Positions 15,885-30,929 of a DNA stretch of 64,000 nt are shown here, one piece after another (positions within the stretch are counted from its first letter, which is position 1; each line of letters opens with the position of its first letter). This DNA comes from Eledone cirrhosa (taxonomy: Eukaryota), in the NCBI GenBank assembly GCA_964016885.1, contig OZ024749.1, positions 21,948,001-22,012,000 of the forward strand, in the 5' to 3' direction. The translations under genes were made by a program, and so were the position numbers. The notes beneath the pieces are model-generated. The model made no database searches, had not been told where the DNA came from, and was given only the letters and a program-made list of their open reading frames with translations.

Positions 15885-16099
15885 ATATATATACATATAT
15901 ATATATAAACATATATATATATATACATATATATATATACATATATATATATATACATATATATATATAAACATATATATATATATACATATATATATAT
16001 ACATATATATATACATATATATATATACATATATATACATATATATACATATATATATATATACATATATATACATATATATATTTACATATATATATA

Positions 16100-19000
16100 T
16101 GATGATGGCTGCCCCCTCGTTATCGAGTATGGACATTGCACGAGGAGAAAAAAAATAAAATGAAAAAAAAGAAATATATATATATACACACATACATATA
16201 CATATATACACACATATATATATATATACACACATATACATTAATAACAATAATAATAATAATAATAATAACAACAACAACTACAATAATAATATGCATA
16301 TATATATACACACACACGCACACACATAAACATATCTATACGCACACACACGATAGCAACTAACAGCGCTGCGATCGAATGTGGCTCTTTAGCCCAGCCA
16401 ATGATCTAAATTGTCTTGCACAGAGTCAGCAACCAAAACATTCACTGGGAATAGCCGGCTGTGGTTAGAGTTCATGTACTTTTGCATGTCGCTTGAGCCC
16501 TCCTGCTGATTTACATTCTCTACCACATGCTTGGCAAGTATGATGAGTAGCATCTCCAACAGCAGCCTGGTATTCAACCATTGGTCTTACTTTATGACTG
16601 CGAAGATGACTTTCGAGTCCAGCTTTGCTTAGGCAGAGTCTCGCACAGACGCTGCATGTCAGCACCATAGGAGGACCCTCGCCGTCTGGAAGTGCAACAG
16701 CAATGCCCTTCCTCACATCCCGCTTTACTTTCTCGTATGCGATTCGAGATGCCTCAAAGGCAACTTTTCCCTCATATACAGTCTTTCTCATTTATTACGA
16801 TCAGTAGCAATATTTTCCCATGTATCATCAGAGATGTTAGCGTCTTCAGAGAGGCTTTCAAGGAATCCTTATACCTCTTTTTTGGTTTATGTGGCGGTCG
16901 TTTTCCTTTAACCAACTCTCCATAAAAGAGTTGTTTTGGTATTCTATAATCCTTCATCCTGGCAAGGTGACCACTCCAACGGAGTCGTTGATTAAGCACA
17001 AGAGCTTCTATACTGTCACACATAGAGCTTTCCAAAATCTCGACATCACTGATCTGGTTCCTCCAGTGAACGCCATGGATCCGCCTGAGACACATCTGAT
17101 GGAAACGCTCCAATTGCTTAAGGTGGTGTCGATATGTGACCCAGATCTCGCAGGCATAAAGAAGACAAGAGAGCACACATGCCTTGTACACCTTTACCAT
17201 TGTCCTCCTGCATATGTCTTGCCGACCCCAGAGTCGCTTTTCTAGCTTTCCGAAAGCATCACTTGCTTTCCTAATCCTAAGTGAGATTTCACTGTCAAGC
17301 TTGCTGTATCGATTGAGAGTGCTTCCCAGGTAGACAAACTGATCAACCACTCCAAGTCCTTTACCATACACATAGATATTTGGTTCAGTGTACTGGCTAC
17401 CAGGAGCAGGTTGGTACATGACGACGGTTTTCTTGAGACTGACAGTCAATCTTAAGGCAGTGCAAGCGTCAGAAAATGCATTCAAAATGTGCTGCATATC
17501 ACTCTCTGTGTGCTACAAGATCGCAATCATCTGCATACAAGAGGTCTCTTATGATTGATGTAAATACTTTTGTCTTTGCAGCAAAACACCTGATGTTAAA
17601 TATGCTGTCTGAGGTTCGATATCGGATGTAAACATCATGCTCGTAATTCCTGAATGCAATACAGAAAACCATTGCAAAGTATATGGCAAACAGGGTCTGT
17701 GCTGGAATATCCCCCTGTTTCACTCCATTTTCTACTGAGATAGGCTCCGACATGTTACCTCCGACATTAACCCAAGCCTTCATGTCGTCATGGAAAGACC
17801 TAACTAAAGCAAGGAACTTATCAGGGCAACCTTCCATAATGCATCTCTGTTTACAGTATCGAAAGCTTTTGTCAGATCGACAAAAACCTGATACAGATCC
17901 AAACCTTGTTCCATGCACTTCTCCTGGAGCTGTCTAGCTGAGAAGATCATATCAGTAGTGCCGCGTCCAGCACGAAAACCAGATTGACTTTCAGGAAGAA
18001 CACAATCTGCAATGTGTGTCAGCAGACGGTCCAGAAGCACCCTACATAAAACTTTCCCTACGACAGAAAGCAATGATATACCTCTGTAGTTCCCACAATC
18101 ATTCCTGTTACCCTTTTCCTTGTACAAGACCACCATTACTGCATCTCTCCAGTCCTCAGGTACGGATTCATTAGCCCATATCCTGCCAAACAAAGATTGA
18201 AGATGATGCAGGAGTCCCTCATCACCATATTGTAGGAGCTGCCATCCATACCTGGAGACCTTCCACTGTTCAGCTTCGAGATAGCCACTGCAACCTCCAC
18301 AAGCGTCGGAGGTTCTGCGAGAGCTACTTTCACAGGACTTTCTGGAATGAGATTGAGGAAATCTTCACTGACGACAGACGACTGATTCAAAAGATCATCA
18401 AAGTGCTCTCGCCACCTTCGTAGAATTCCTCGTGAGTCACGAAGAAGTTCTTTGCCATCCTTGCTGCGAAGCGATGTCACCAGAGAAGAAGACGGTCCAT
18501 AAACCTCTCGCAAGAGACTGTACAACAGCTTTGTTTTATTGGAATCTGACGCAGTTTGTATCTCACCAGCTTTCTCACTCCACCACTGATCCTTCATTTG
18601 AGAAAGACTCCGCCTAACATGTGATTTTACATCCTTGAGTTCCTCATGCAACGTATTCCTCTCCTGTGGTTTTGCCGTCAAGTAGCGTGACAGAGCACGC
18701 CTCTTATCAGCCAACAAGTCTTCTATATGTACATCATTCTCATTAAACCAGTCCTGATGTTTTCTCTGCACCAATCCCAGAAAACGCCTGCCTACATCAT
18801 AAACCGACTTTTTAAGGGTCGGCCAATCCTCACCAAGATCTGCAGCCTGCATCTCTACTTCCAATGTCCTCTTCATATTTTTATCCTTAAGACGAACAGC
18901 ATTCAATCTTTTGGGCAGGGCAACACCAGGAGCCTGGATTTTACGTTTAGTGATTAGTTTCACTTTTGCGTGTACCAGGCGGTGGTCCGTCGAAGAGCAC

Positions 19001-19826
19001 GAACACACTGCACATCCTGTCTGTCACGCATCCTGACTAGGACGTAGTCCAAAAGATGCCATTGCTTAGATGCAGGATGCGTCCATGTGGTCTTGAATTT
19101 GTTCTTGTGTTGGAACATGGTGTTGGTAACACACAAATCCAGCTCCTCATACATCTGCAGCAGGAGCATACCATTGTTGTTACACTTTCCCACCCCATGC
19201 CTTCCGATTACATTCCATGTGTTAAAATCCCTACCCATTCTAGCATTAAAGTCACCAAACACGATGATTTTGTCTGCCTGAGGGATATTTCTTAAAACAC
19301 CTTTCAAGGCATGGTAAAAGGAACGTTTTTCTTCATCGACACTCACCAGAGTCGCATATCTTCCTTTGTCCAGCGGAATTCTCATGGACATAAGACGCTC
19401 ACTAATCCCTACTGGGAATTCTTCTAATTTATTCACAAGAACAGTCTTAACAGCAAATCCTACCCCAGCCACTCTTCTGGTTCCTTCATCTCTTCCTTTC
19501 CAGAAGAATGTATATTCTCCACAAAATTCTGTAAGCTGACCATCTCCAGCTAACCTCGATAAAGCCACGATGTCAAGATCGTAACGGCGAAGCTCCTTTG
19601 CAACAAGAGCAGTCCTTCGTTCAGGACGCTCCAAGGAATCCCGGTCAAGCAGCGTCCGTACGTTCCAGCAGCCAAGACGAAATGCCTTGTTTGGTTCTAT
19701 TACAATGGCACGATGACGAGTGGGCCCAGGCTGTGATAACCCAGGCTCCAGGCTGTGATAACCCTTGTTGCTTAACCTAAATTGCCAATTATCTCTTTTA
19801 TATTGTTCTGGAACATCATTGAATTT
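16100..19826 (-). mobile_element. RTE-clade non-LTR retrotransposon (LINE), near full length, frameshifted
   Basis: APE endonuclease motifs (GCWNVRTL, GDFNAR, HLLDYVLVR, TDHRLV); RT motifs (NYRGISLLS, PESQSGFR, FVDLTKAFDTV, GVKQGD, LLYADD, YLGS); RLRWSGH; two C-terminal C2H2 fingers; (CAT)n 3' tail. Confidence 0.92.
16465..19700 (-). pseudogene. RTE polyprotein (APE endonuclease-reverse transcriptase-zinc fingers) broken into six frames
   Basis: Track ORFs 18960-19922 (excluding the microsatellite-derived N-terminus), 18136-19008, 17804-18193, 17499-17918, 16772-17497 and 16465-16791 are collinear. Confidence 0.9.
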
Positions 19827-19906
19827 GAAAAAAAAAAAAAAAAAGTATATATACATATATATATACATATATATATACATATATATATATACATATATAT
19901 ATATAC

Positions 19907-19938
<32 letters not shown>

Positions 19939-20390
19939 GGGGAGGGTCATATTTATGTAATAATATTGCCAAAATTAATAACAGAACGCACTCAATGTTT
20001 GGTTGGTTTTCGCTTCTGTGTCTTTTATATCGGTTAATTTAATTTATTCGGTCCTCAATGTTGACTGACCAACGGTCAAAAATACAGATACAATAAACAC
20101 ATATATATAGTCTATCAAAGTTCTTTCGTTGCACATCTGCAACATCGTCAGTGTTGCTATAATAGCAACACTGACGATGTTGCAGATGTGCAACATAATA
20201 TCAACACTGACGATGTTGCAGATGTGCAACGAAAGAACTTTGATAGACTATATGTATTTGTGTCTATATTGTATCTGTATTTTTGACCGTTGGTCAGTCA
20301 ATGGCAACATTGAGGACCGAATAAATTAAATTAACCGATATAAAAGACACAGAAGCGAAAACCAACCAAACAGTGAGTGTGTTCTGTTAT
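19939..20390. mobile_element. Fold-back pLTR palindrome with HHR core and a 36-bp duplication at the apex
   Basis: Arms about 19977-20156 and 20202-20390; CTGACGA-t-gttgca/tgcaac-GAAA at about 20207-20234. Confidence 0.8.
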
Positions 20391-20412
20391 ATATATATTC
20401 ATATATATATAC

Positions 20413-21394
<982 letters not shown>

Positions 21395-21406
21395 GTATAT
21401 ATACAT

Positions 21407-21439
<33 letters not shown>

Positions 21440-21444
21440 CATAC

Positions 21445-21489
<45 letters not shown>

Positions 21490-21591
21490 TATATACATAC
21501 ATATATATATATATCGATACATACATATATATACATATATATATATATATACATGTATATATATATACATGTATATATATATATATATACA

Positions 21592-21643
<52 letters not shown>

Positions 21644-21810
21644 CACACATATATATATATATACATATATACATATATATACACACATATATATATATAC
21701 ATATATAGACATATATATATACATATATATATACATATATATATACACATATATATACATACACACATATATATATATATACATATATATATACATACAC
21801 ATATATATAT

Positions 21811-22512
21811 AAATCAGACATTTAGTTTTCCAACTTGATCGCGCCAAAATTAGATTAAAAATGGCTAAGAATCGCTATGTGGCTGTGGTCAAGCTAGAAA
21901 GAATGTGATTGGTTGCTTACGGCGGGTAGGATTATTGCTAGAAAGCGCAGCCAAATATCCCCAAATTGAATCTCAACCTAACGGGAGATTATTAAATATA
22001 AAGATATACAGATACATAAAGTTATAGATATATATGCTGCAACCGGTCACTTTCAGGCTCTATGAAGAATTAATAAATTAAATAATCAGAGCAATATATC
22101 ATAAATCATGTCCTTAGAATTATTAGATAAAATATATACCATTTCCTCTTCCAATTAGCATAATTAACCATATAAATCTAATTTTGGCGCGATCAAGTTG
22201 GAAAACTAAATGTCTGATTTTGAGTTTGTCTCCTGATGAATCCTAACTCAAGACATTCCTATTAATTGGATGTCTAAAAATACCGATGAAACCATGGTAG
22301 AGATATAATTACGGTATGTACACATTTCTTCTAAGTTTAATTTTACACCTAATTGTGTATGGTTGATGGTATATTTAGTCAGTTTCTACATGCTGTCGAA
22401 ATGTTGGATAAATACTCTATTGGGGCCACCGCGAAGAGGCCACTTTCGGTTATTTGTCGGAGATTTCTTCATAAGAACCTTTCTTCTTATAGCTTGGTCT
22501 CATTGATTTTTT
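21811..22512 (+). mobile_element. pLTR fragment with short 5' inversion
   Basis: 46-bp inverted repeat 21811-21856 / 22176-22220 immediately before an intact HHR. Confidence 0.7.
22227..22305 (+). ncRNA. Type I hammerhead ribozyme motif
   Basis: tgtctc-CTGATGA-atc...gat-GAAA-ccatg-GTA-gagata; palindromic stem III accatggt. Confidence 0.8.
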
Positions 22513-22687
22513 ATATACATACATACATGTATATATATATACATATATATATACATACATATATTTATATATATATACACACACACATATATATATATAT
22601 ACATGTGTATACACATATATACATATATATACACATATATACATATATATACATATATATATACATATATATACACACATATATATA

Positions 22688-24385
22688 ATGGACAAATTTG
22701 AACAGGGACAAAACAGAGAGGCAGTACAACGAATGTTTATTAATTTCACGCTCTGGAGAGTGGGGTGTTGGTGGGGACGACGTTTCGGGCATAAGCCCTT
22801 CCTCGGGTGGGAAGTGTGTGGGAACAGAGTTCAAAGGGTGTGTAGGGGAGTGGTGGAGAGACATATAGCGAAAGGAAACGGTGCGAATGAAAAAATAAAA
22901 AATAAAGATAAAAATAAAAATAAAGCATGATCAAAATACAAGGAATGAGATAAATTTAAAAATAAAGGCATGATCAAAATAAACTGAAATTAAAAGGGGG
23001 TTAAACAGGTGGTGGAAGGGTGTGGGTGTGTAGGGGTGGTGGCGGGTGGAGTGGGGAGAGGGAGACGGGGTGTCCGAGCGGGGAGGGCTGAAGGTGGTGT
23101 GTGTGTGTAGGTGTGAGTGTGTGTGTGTGTATGTGAAAGTAAGGGTTGGGGGAAGAACGGGGTTGCATGTTCAGGAAGAGGTGTGTGGGGGGGAGTGTGT
23201 GGGTCGGAGTGTCTGTGCGTGTGTGGATAGAGGGGTGGGGGGAGAGGAATCAGGAGGCTGAGGGTGTAGATATGTGGTGGAAAGCACGTGTGTGGGGTTT
23301 AAGCGTGTTGTGGGTGTAGGTGGCGTGTGGAGAAAAAAAATGTTTGAGGGGTGTGTGTGGGGTGAGTTATATAGGTGGTTACGTAAGAGGATGGATGAAA
23401 AGTTGGTAAATTCCAAAGATGTTTAGTGGATTGGTGGCTGGTCAATTTCTGCGTGTGGGTATTCCATGAAGCGATGGTTGGAAGAGGAGAGATGTGGGGT
23501 GCGCGCGCAACAGGAAGTGGTCAGCAGTGAGAGTGCTGTGGTCTGTTTGTGCTGGGAGGTGGTCAGAGGGCATAGCAGCAGTCGGTGGAATGGTAAAGGG
23601 GCGAGGATGGGTAGGTGTGAAAGTTGGAGTGAGGAGGGTGTGTGTGTGTATTAGTAGGGGTGTTAGTGGGATGAGTGAGTGTTGAGCGAGGGTGTGGGTG
23701 GAGCGGGGAGAGAAGGGTGTGTGTGGTTCTATGGAGGGAGTGTGGTGTACTGGTGTGTGTGTAGTTTGATGAAGAGGTGTTAGTGGGTGTTAGTATACGG
23801 GAGGTGGGGAGGGGTTGAATGCAGATGTGAGTGGGGGTTAGTGGTGGTAGGGTGTGTAGAGTTGGTGGTGTACGAGGGTGTGTGGGTACGTGTGCGTGGG
23901 GTTGGGGGTGTTAGTGATGTTAGTTGCGTGTGGGGTGGGTGGTGTAAGTGGGTGCGTGTGTTCGTGTGCTTGGGGTTAAGGGGTGTTAGTGAGGTTAGTT
24001 GCGGGGTGGTGGGATGGAGGTGTGGGGGTGAGAGGTGTGGGGGTGAGGGTTAGTGGTGGTAGTAGGGTGTGTGTTTAGTGTGAGCGCGTGTATATATGTG
24101 CCGGTGGGTGTGTGCGTGTGATAAGGAGGGGGGAGGAGGAGACGAGGGGAGGGAAGGGATGTTAGTATGTTAGTTGGGGAAGGGTGGTCAGATGAGGGGT
24201 GGAGTGGAGGTGTTAGTATTGTTAGTTGTGGGGTGGGCGGTGAAAAGGAGGTGTGTGTTAGTGTTGTTAGTGGGGGATAAGTGTGGGGGGGGGGGGCGGT
24301 CGAAGGCTAAAGGAATAAGGGTGGGGGAGTTCAGGCCGGGGGGAGTGTGGGTCTGTAAGAAGAAGATAGTTCGTTGTTCGACCGT
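22688..24385 (-). mobile_element. 5'-truncated Penelope-like element (Neptune-like 3' end) with a long C/A-rich 3' region
   Basis: Minus strand begins VEQRTIFFLQTHTPPGLN, resembling the PLE GIY-YIG C-terminal EQxxIFxLxTxxPxGLN motif. It ends with an HHR-like CCGAGGA-agggc/gccc-GAAACGTC at about 22778-22806. Confidence 0.6.
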
Positions 24386-24406
24386 AATATATATATATAT
24401 ACATGT

Positions 24407-24462
<56 letters not shown>

Positions 24463-24466
<4 letters not shown>

Positions 24467-24783
24467 GACATACCTTTCAATCACCTTGCATTTTGGGAGG
24501 TTGATTTGACTACCAAATCAACCTCCCAAAATGCAAGGTGATTGAAAGGTATGTCGTATCTATTTATTTATAAGACTGTTTATATTGTATTTTGTCTGAA
24601 GATGGCATAACATATTGTTAATATGATATCCCTGAAATATATATAACGAAATAAATATGGTTTTATAAATATAGTTTCCATTTATTTAATATCATAAATA
24701 TACTCCAAATACTTGTTGAGTGCTTTTATATCAGTTATAAATATTTACTCGTTGTTAACCCAACAATTTAAATATAACTTTCC
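24463..24783 (+). mobile_element. pLTR fragment with 5' fold-back and HHR (same family as about 1860-2030)
   Basis: 46-bp palindrome arms 24463-24508 / 24514-24559; HHR at 24588-24653 (tattttgt-CTGAAGA...GAAA-tatata-TA-acgaaata). Confidence 0.75.
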
Positions 24784-24786
24784 ATG

Positions 24787-24867
<81 letters not shown>

Positions 24868-24869
<2 letters not shown>

Positions 24870-25059
24870 AGGAACGAGTAGGACCCCGACGGCTGAGCTC
24901 AAGCCGCCTCGACGGCTAATTTTTCTAAAAATTAGCCGTCGAGGCGGCTTGAGCTCAGCCGTCGGGGTCCTACTCGTTCCTATTACCCACTCTACTACCC
25001 TAAGTATTGAGTACTTTGGTTCGTTATGGTCCACCTGGTTCCTTACCACATTTCCTTCG

Positions 25060-25063
<4 letters not shown>
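24868..25063. mobile_element. Fold-back pLTR palindrome, same family as 14880-15143
   Basis: Near-perfect palindrome 24868-24983 centred on gacggctaat-ttttctaaaa-attagccgtc. Confidence 0.8.
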
Positions 25064-25098
<35 letters not shown>

Positions 25099-25103
<5 letters not shown>

Positions 25104-25909
25104 AAATAACGAAACGAAATTAAATTTCGTTTCGTTTGTAACTCACTTTTGTATGACTGACGCTTGACGCTTAAACAATTAAGTTAAAAATGTACATCCA
25201 CATATGTATACTGAAATACTAGTATGCATATGAATACACACACGTATACATATGTAGATGTACCAAGTTTTTCACTGGTCACTTTACTGTGAGTGTCCAG
25301 CTATTCTCTATGTAAACACACAGACAAACCGGTTTTTAGAGTCATACTGGTTTTTGAGGAAACACCTTTCCTCTATTCTCCAGAAAGCCAGACAAGGAAT
25401 ATTGAACTAGTTTCGATATGCATACTAGTATTTCATTATACATATGTGGATGTACATTTTTAACTTAATTGTTTAAGCGTCAGTCATACAAAAGTGAGTT
25501 ACAAACGAAACGAAATTTAATTTCGTTTCGTTATTTGTTTTTATCCTCTCCGTTGAACCGGTACGTACTCACACTCTATGCAAATTAGTCTGCCCACTAC
25601 TAATTTTCATAGAAAAAGCATATAACGATATGTGCTTTTACGATTCTCCAGAAAGGCCGGAAGATAGGTAAATATTGCTGATGAGTTGTAACAACAACGA
25701 AACTAGTTCAATATTCCTTGTCTGGCTTTCTGGAGAATAGAGGAAAGGTGTTTCCTCAAAAACCAGTATGACTCTAAAAACCGGTTTGTCTGTGTGTTTA
25801 CATACAGAATAGCTGGACACTCACAGTAAAGTGACCAGTGAAAAACTTGGTACATCTACATATGTATACGTGTGTGTATTCATATGCATACTAGTATTTT
25901 AACTTAATT
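25099..25909 (+). mobile_element. 467-bp family copy: inverted partial unit followed by a forward tandem unit
   Basis: 25099-25415 is the reverse complement of the unit 3' part, breaking inside the HHR at ...gaactagtttcg. 25416-25909 is forward and carries an intact HHR at 25671-25715. Confidence 0.85.
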
Positions 25910-26012
25910 ATATATATATATATATATATGTATGTATATAGACAGGTAGTTAGAGTTACAAATAGATAATAAATATACAAGATAAGTTGGTAGGTAGCGA
26001 GCTAGCTAGAGA

Positions 26013-26074
<62 letters not shown>

Positions 26075-26244
26075 CTGACTGCTGACAGAAATACATATAC
26101 AAACACATAGAAAAAGGGAGAGAGAAAGAGATAAATACACATACAGAGAGACAAAGAAAGACATACAGACAGACAGATAGATATATAAATACACATACAA
26201 ATAGACAGAGACAAACATACAGAGAGACATACAGAGAGACAGGC

Positions 26245-26279
<35 letters not shown>

Positions 26280-26736
26280 GAGAAAGACAGACAGACAGAC
26301 AGACAGACAGAGAGAAAGACAGACAGATCGACAGACAGATAGGTAGATATATAAATAAATAAATACACATACAAACAAACAGAGAGACAAACAGAGATAC
26401 AGACAGACATACAAACCGACAGACAGACAAACAGAGAGACAGACAAATCGACAGACAGACAAACAGTCAAATCTACATCCCTGCACTAAGTGAATATATT
26501 TCATATCAGGCTTAAATGAAGAGAATTAGATTAAAGTCTTTCAGATCTTGACAGACAATTTGAGCGATAGATAAGAGCTGAGATCCGGAGTTCAAGAATT
26601 CCGAGAGTTTGTCATCCTCATATATCTCTTCATTTCTGACAGTCACTTATTCCGGATTATTGATTTAAGAATAATTCTACAACCTGATGTATTTATTTCT
26701 TCCTTCATGGATTTCTATCTCTGTCCTTATGTATGC

Positions 26737-26802
<66 letters not shown>

Positions 26803-26966
26803 CTATATATATATATATAGATATGTGTGTGTGTGTGTGCGTGTCTGTCTGTCTGTGTATATGTGTGTATCTATGTGTATATGTATTATTTGAACAAATT
26901 AAAAGTTGTTACAGAACCTCTGCTTTCATCCTATATTGGGATCTTCAGAAAGTCAAAATGTATGTA

Positions 26967-27034
<68 letters not shown>

Positions 27035-27059
27035 CATATCTATGTATATATGTATGCAT

Positions 27060-27146
<87 letters not shown>

Positions 27147-27398
27147 TTCGCTGTTCGTGACGATCAAGATAAAAATGTACTCAATATATAGAAAATAGTG
27201 TAATTCTATCTATCATTGGTTATTGAGTTTAAACCCCGCTGAAGTCACCTTCACCTTTTACACATCTTTGCGACATTGCATGAAGCAAAACATCTGTCAA
27301 ATACAAATTGCTGTCTTAGTGCCTGAATTGGGGTCTTGTGTATAGGTTAGGCTAAAGTAAAGAGATGAAAGTAAAGCTCTCTATCTTTTATTATTTTG

Positions 27399-27990
27399 AT
27401 GGATTGGCAGTATCGGTAGAGCGTCAGACAATATGCTTTTCAGCATAGAGTTATGGCCCTTTGCGTTCTGAGTTCAAATCCCACCGTATCTAACTTTGCC
27501 TTTCATCCTTACGGGGTCGATAAAATAATGTACCAGTAATGTACTGATATAATTGCTGGCCTTATGCCAAAAGTAGAAAATTATTATGATGGATTAGCAA
27601 AATCGGTAGAGCGTCAGACACCATGCTTTGCAGCATAGAGTTATGGCCATTTACGTTCTGAGTTCAAATCCCGCCGAGGTTAACTTTGCCTTTCATCCTT
27701 GCGGGGTCAATAAAATAAAGCACCAGTAATGTACTGAGGTAATTACTGGACTTGTGCCAAAAATATAAACAATTAGTATGAAGTAACGTTGAGACTCGGA
27801 CACCATGCTTTGAGGCAGAGAGTTACGGCCCTTTACGTTCTGAGTTAAAATCCCGCCGAGGTTCGCTTTGCCTTTCATCCTTAAGTGGTTGATAAAATAA
27901 AGTACCAGTAATGTACTGGGGTAGATTTAATCGTCTTTCCCCTCCTCTCCAAATTACTGACCTTCTGCCTAAAGTAAAAACAATTATTAT
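27399..27990 (+). mobile_element. Three tandem tRNA-derived SINE copies
   Basis: Units at about 27399, 27588 and 27790, each with gagttcaaatccc-like B box and ctttgcctttcatcctt.cggggtcgataaaataa.gtaccagtaatgtactg core. Confidence 0.8.
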
Positions 27991-28058
27991 GAACTAACGT
28001 AATGCATCTTCATATATTTCTATCAATATTTAACCCTTACATTATCATTGCTTTAAAC

Positions 28059-29068
28059 CAGTCATGTTCAAAGTGAGGCCCGTTTAGTTTTCTGAATGGT
28101 GCACCAAATTTCAAAATTGCCTTGAGATTTTTTAGTAGTGTGGCCCTTTCTTATGATGAACTACAACATATAACGGCCCACCTTATGATGAACTACAATA
28201 TATAACGGCCCACCTTATGATGAACTACAACATATAACGGCCCACCTTATGATGAACTACAACATATAACGGCCCACCTTATGATGAACTACAATATATA
28301 ACGGCCCACCTTATGATGAACTACAACATATAACGGCCCACCTCATGATGAACTACAACATATAACGGCCCACCTTATGATGAACTACAACATATAACGG
28401 CCCACCTTATGATGAACTACAACATATAACGGCCCACCTTATGATGAACTACAACATATAACGGCCCACCTTATGATGAACTACAACATATAACGGCCCA
28501 CCTTATGATGAACTACAACATATAACGGCCCACCTTATGATGAACTACAATATATAACGGCCCACCTTATGATGAATTACAATATATAACGGCCCACCTT
28601 ATGATGAACTACAACATATAACGGCCCACCTTATGATGAACTACAACATATAACGGCCCACCTTATGATGAACTACAACATATAACGGCCCACCTTATGA
28701 TGAACTACAACATATAACGGCCCACCTTATGATGAACTACAACCCATGCGGCCCACCTTATGATGAACTACAACATATAACGGCCCACCTTATGATGAAC
28801 TACAATATATAACGGCCCACCTTATGATGAACTACAACATATAACGGCCCACCTTATGATGAACTACAACATATAACGGCCCACCTTATGATGAACTACA
28901 ACATATAACGGCCCACCTTATGATGAACTACAACATATAACGGCCCACCTTATGATGAACTACAACCCATGCGGCCCACCTTATGATGAACTACAACATA
29001 TAACGGCCCACCTTATGATGAACTACAACCCATGCGGCCCACTACTGGAAAAAGTTTGCCTATATCTG
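28059..29068. mobile_element. Non-autonomous hAT-type DNA transposon hosting a minisatellite
   Basis: Ends cagtcatgttcaaagtgaggcccg... and ...gcggcccacactactggaaaaagtttgcctatatctg; imperfect 8-bp TSD ctttaaac / ctttatat. Confidence 0.55.
28150..29042 (+). repeat. 32-bp minisatellite, about 28 copies
   Basis: Unit cttatgatgaactacaacatataacggcccac, with no spacers; three 31-bp variants (aacccatgcggccc). Confidence 0.95.
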
Positions 29069-29365
29069 CTTTATATGAAAGATATTATTTATGATTTTCC
29101 AATAATCAAGAATTTGGAGGGTTTTAGTAATATAACAGGTCAATACACGATTAAAAAAACTAAATAGATGTAAACGAAGCTTATATCGTTTTTTTGTTGT
29201 ATTTTTTGCGTGCGTGCATGAGTGCGTCAACTATCAGGGATACTGCACAGACAGAAATATATTGTAAAAATGAAACAGTGATCTCTCATTTAATCTTAGT
29301 AATGTAATAAAAAATATATTAAATGTGTGTGTGTGTGTGCAATTCCACCTTTATCCTTGGTTCAG

Positions 29366-30250
<885 letters not shown>

Positions 30251-30693
30251 GAGAGCGAGAGAGAGAGAGAGAGGGGGGTAGTTAGTTGCACAACAGTTAA
30301 TACATAATTTTCGAGGACACGTGTTCACTTTGCGGATCTTTAAACTCGAGTTGAAAATTTGCACGGTGAAACACGTGTTTGCTAATTTGTTGTGGAACTC
30401 ATCCCATGGATTGAGTGCTCTACTACTACGGACATAACATTCTAGTGTTCTACCACTATATATGTTAAATATATACTTTGAATAAACACTATTCTACAGC
30501 CAACCATGTTATACTCCACTCATTTACTATTATTACTCCAAGATCCGCTTACCTAGAAACTTTCTTAAATCAGCCACCAGACTAAGGAAACTCCTTGTTG
30601 AGTCAAACAACGCCGAACGTTAAAACTATCCTCGATACAGAGTACTCACAATCTCTACTTGGATTACCTTAAACGATGTCTTGTTAACTTAAA

Positions 30694-30726
<33 letters not shown>

Positions 30727-30727
<1 letters not shown>

Positions 30728-30915
30728 ATTGTTTCTACTTTTGGCACAAGACCAGCAATTACCCAGTGTATTACTGGTACTTTATTTTATCGACCCCGTA
30801 AGGATGAAAGGCAAAGTTAACCTCGGCGGGATTTGAACTAATATTGGAAAGGGCCGTAACTCTATGCGTCAAAGCATGGCGTCCGATCCTCTACCGATAC
30901 TGCCAATCCACCACC
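30727..30915 (-). mobile_element. tRNA-derived SINE
   Basis: Same core as 10728-10910. Confidence 0.8.
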
Positions 30916-30929
30916 CTTATATATATATA

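Noticed and set aside
26470-26700. Unique-looking stretches here and at about 33510-34130 as host exons
   Set aside because: No recognisable peptide or convincing splice-flanked frame; cannot be excluded without RNA-seq.
27399-27490. tRNA gene suggested by A- and B-box-like motifs
   Set aside because: No cloverleaf; the motifs run into a repeated SINE body present six times in the window.
28150-29042. 32-bp repeat array resembling CRISPR repeat length
   Set aside because: Units are contiguous with no unique spacers, there are no cas genes, and the context is eukaryotic.
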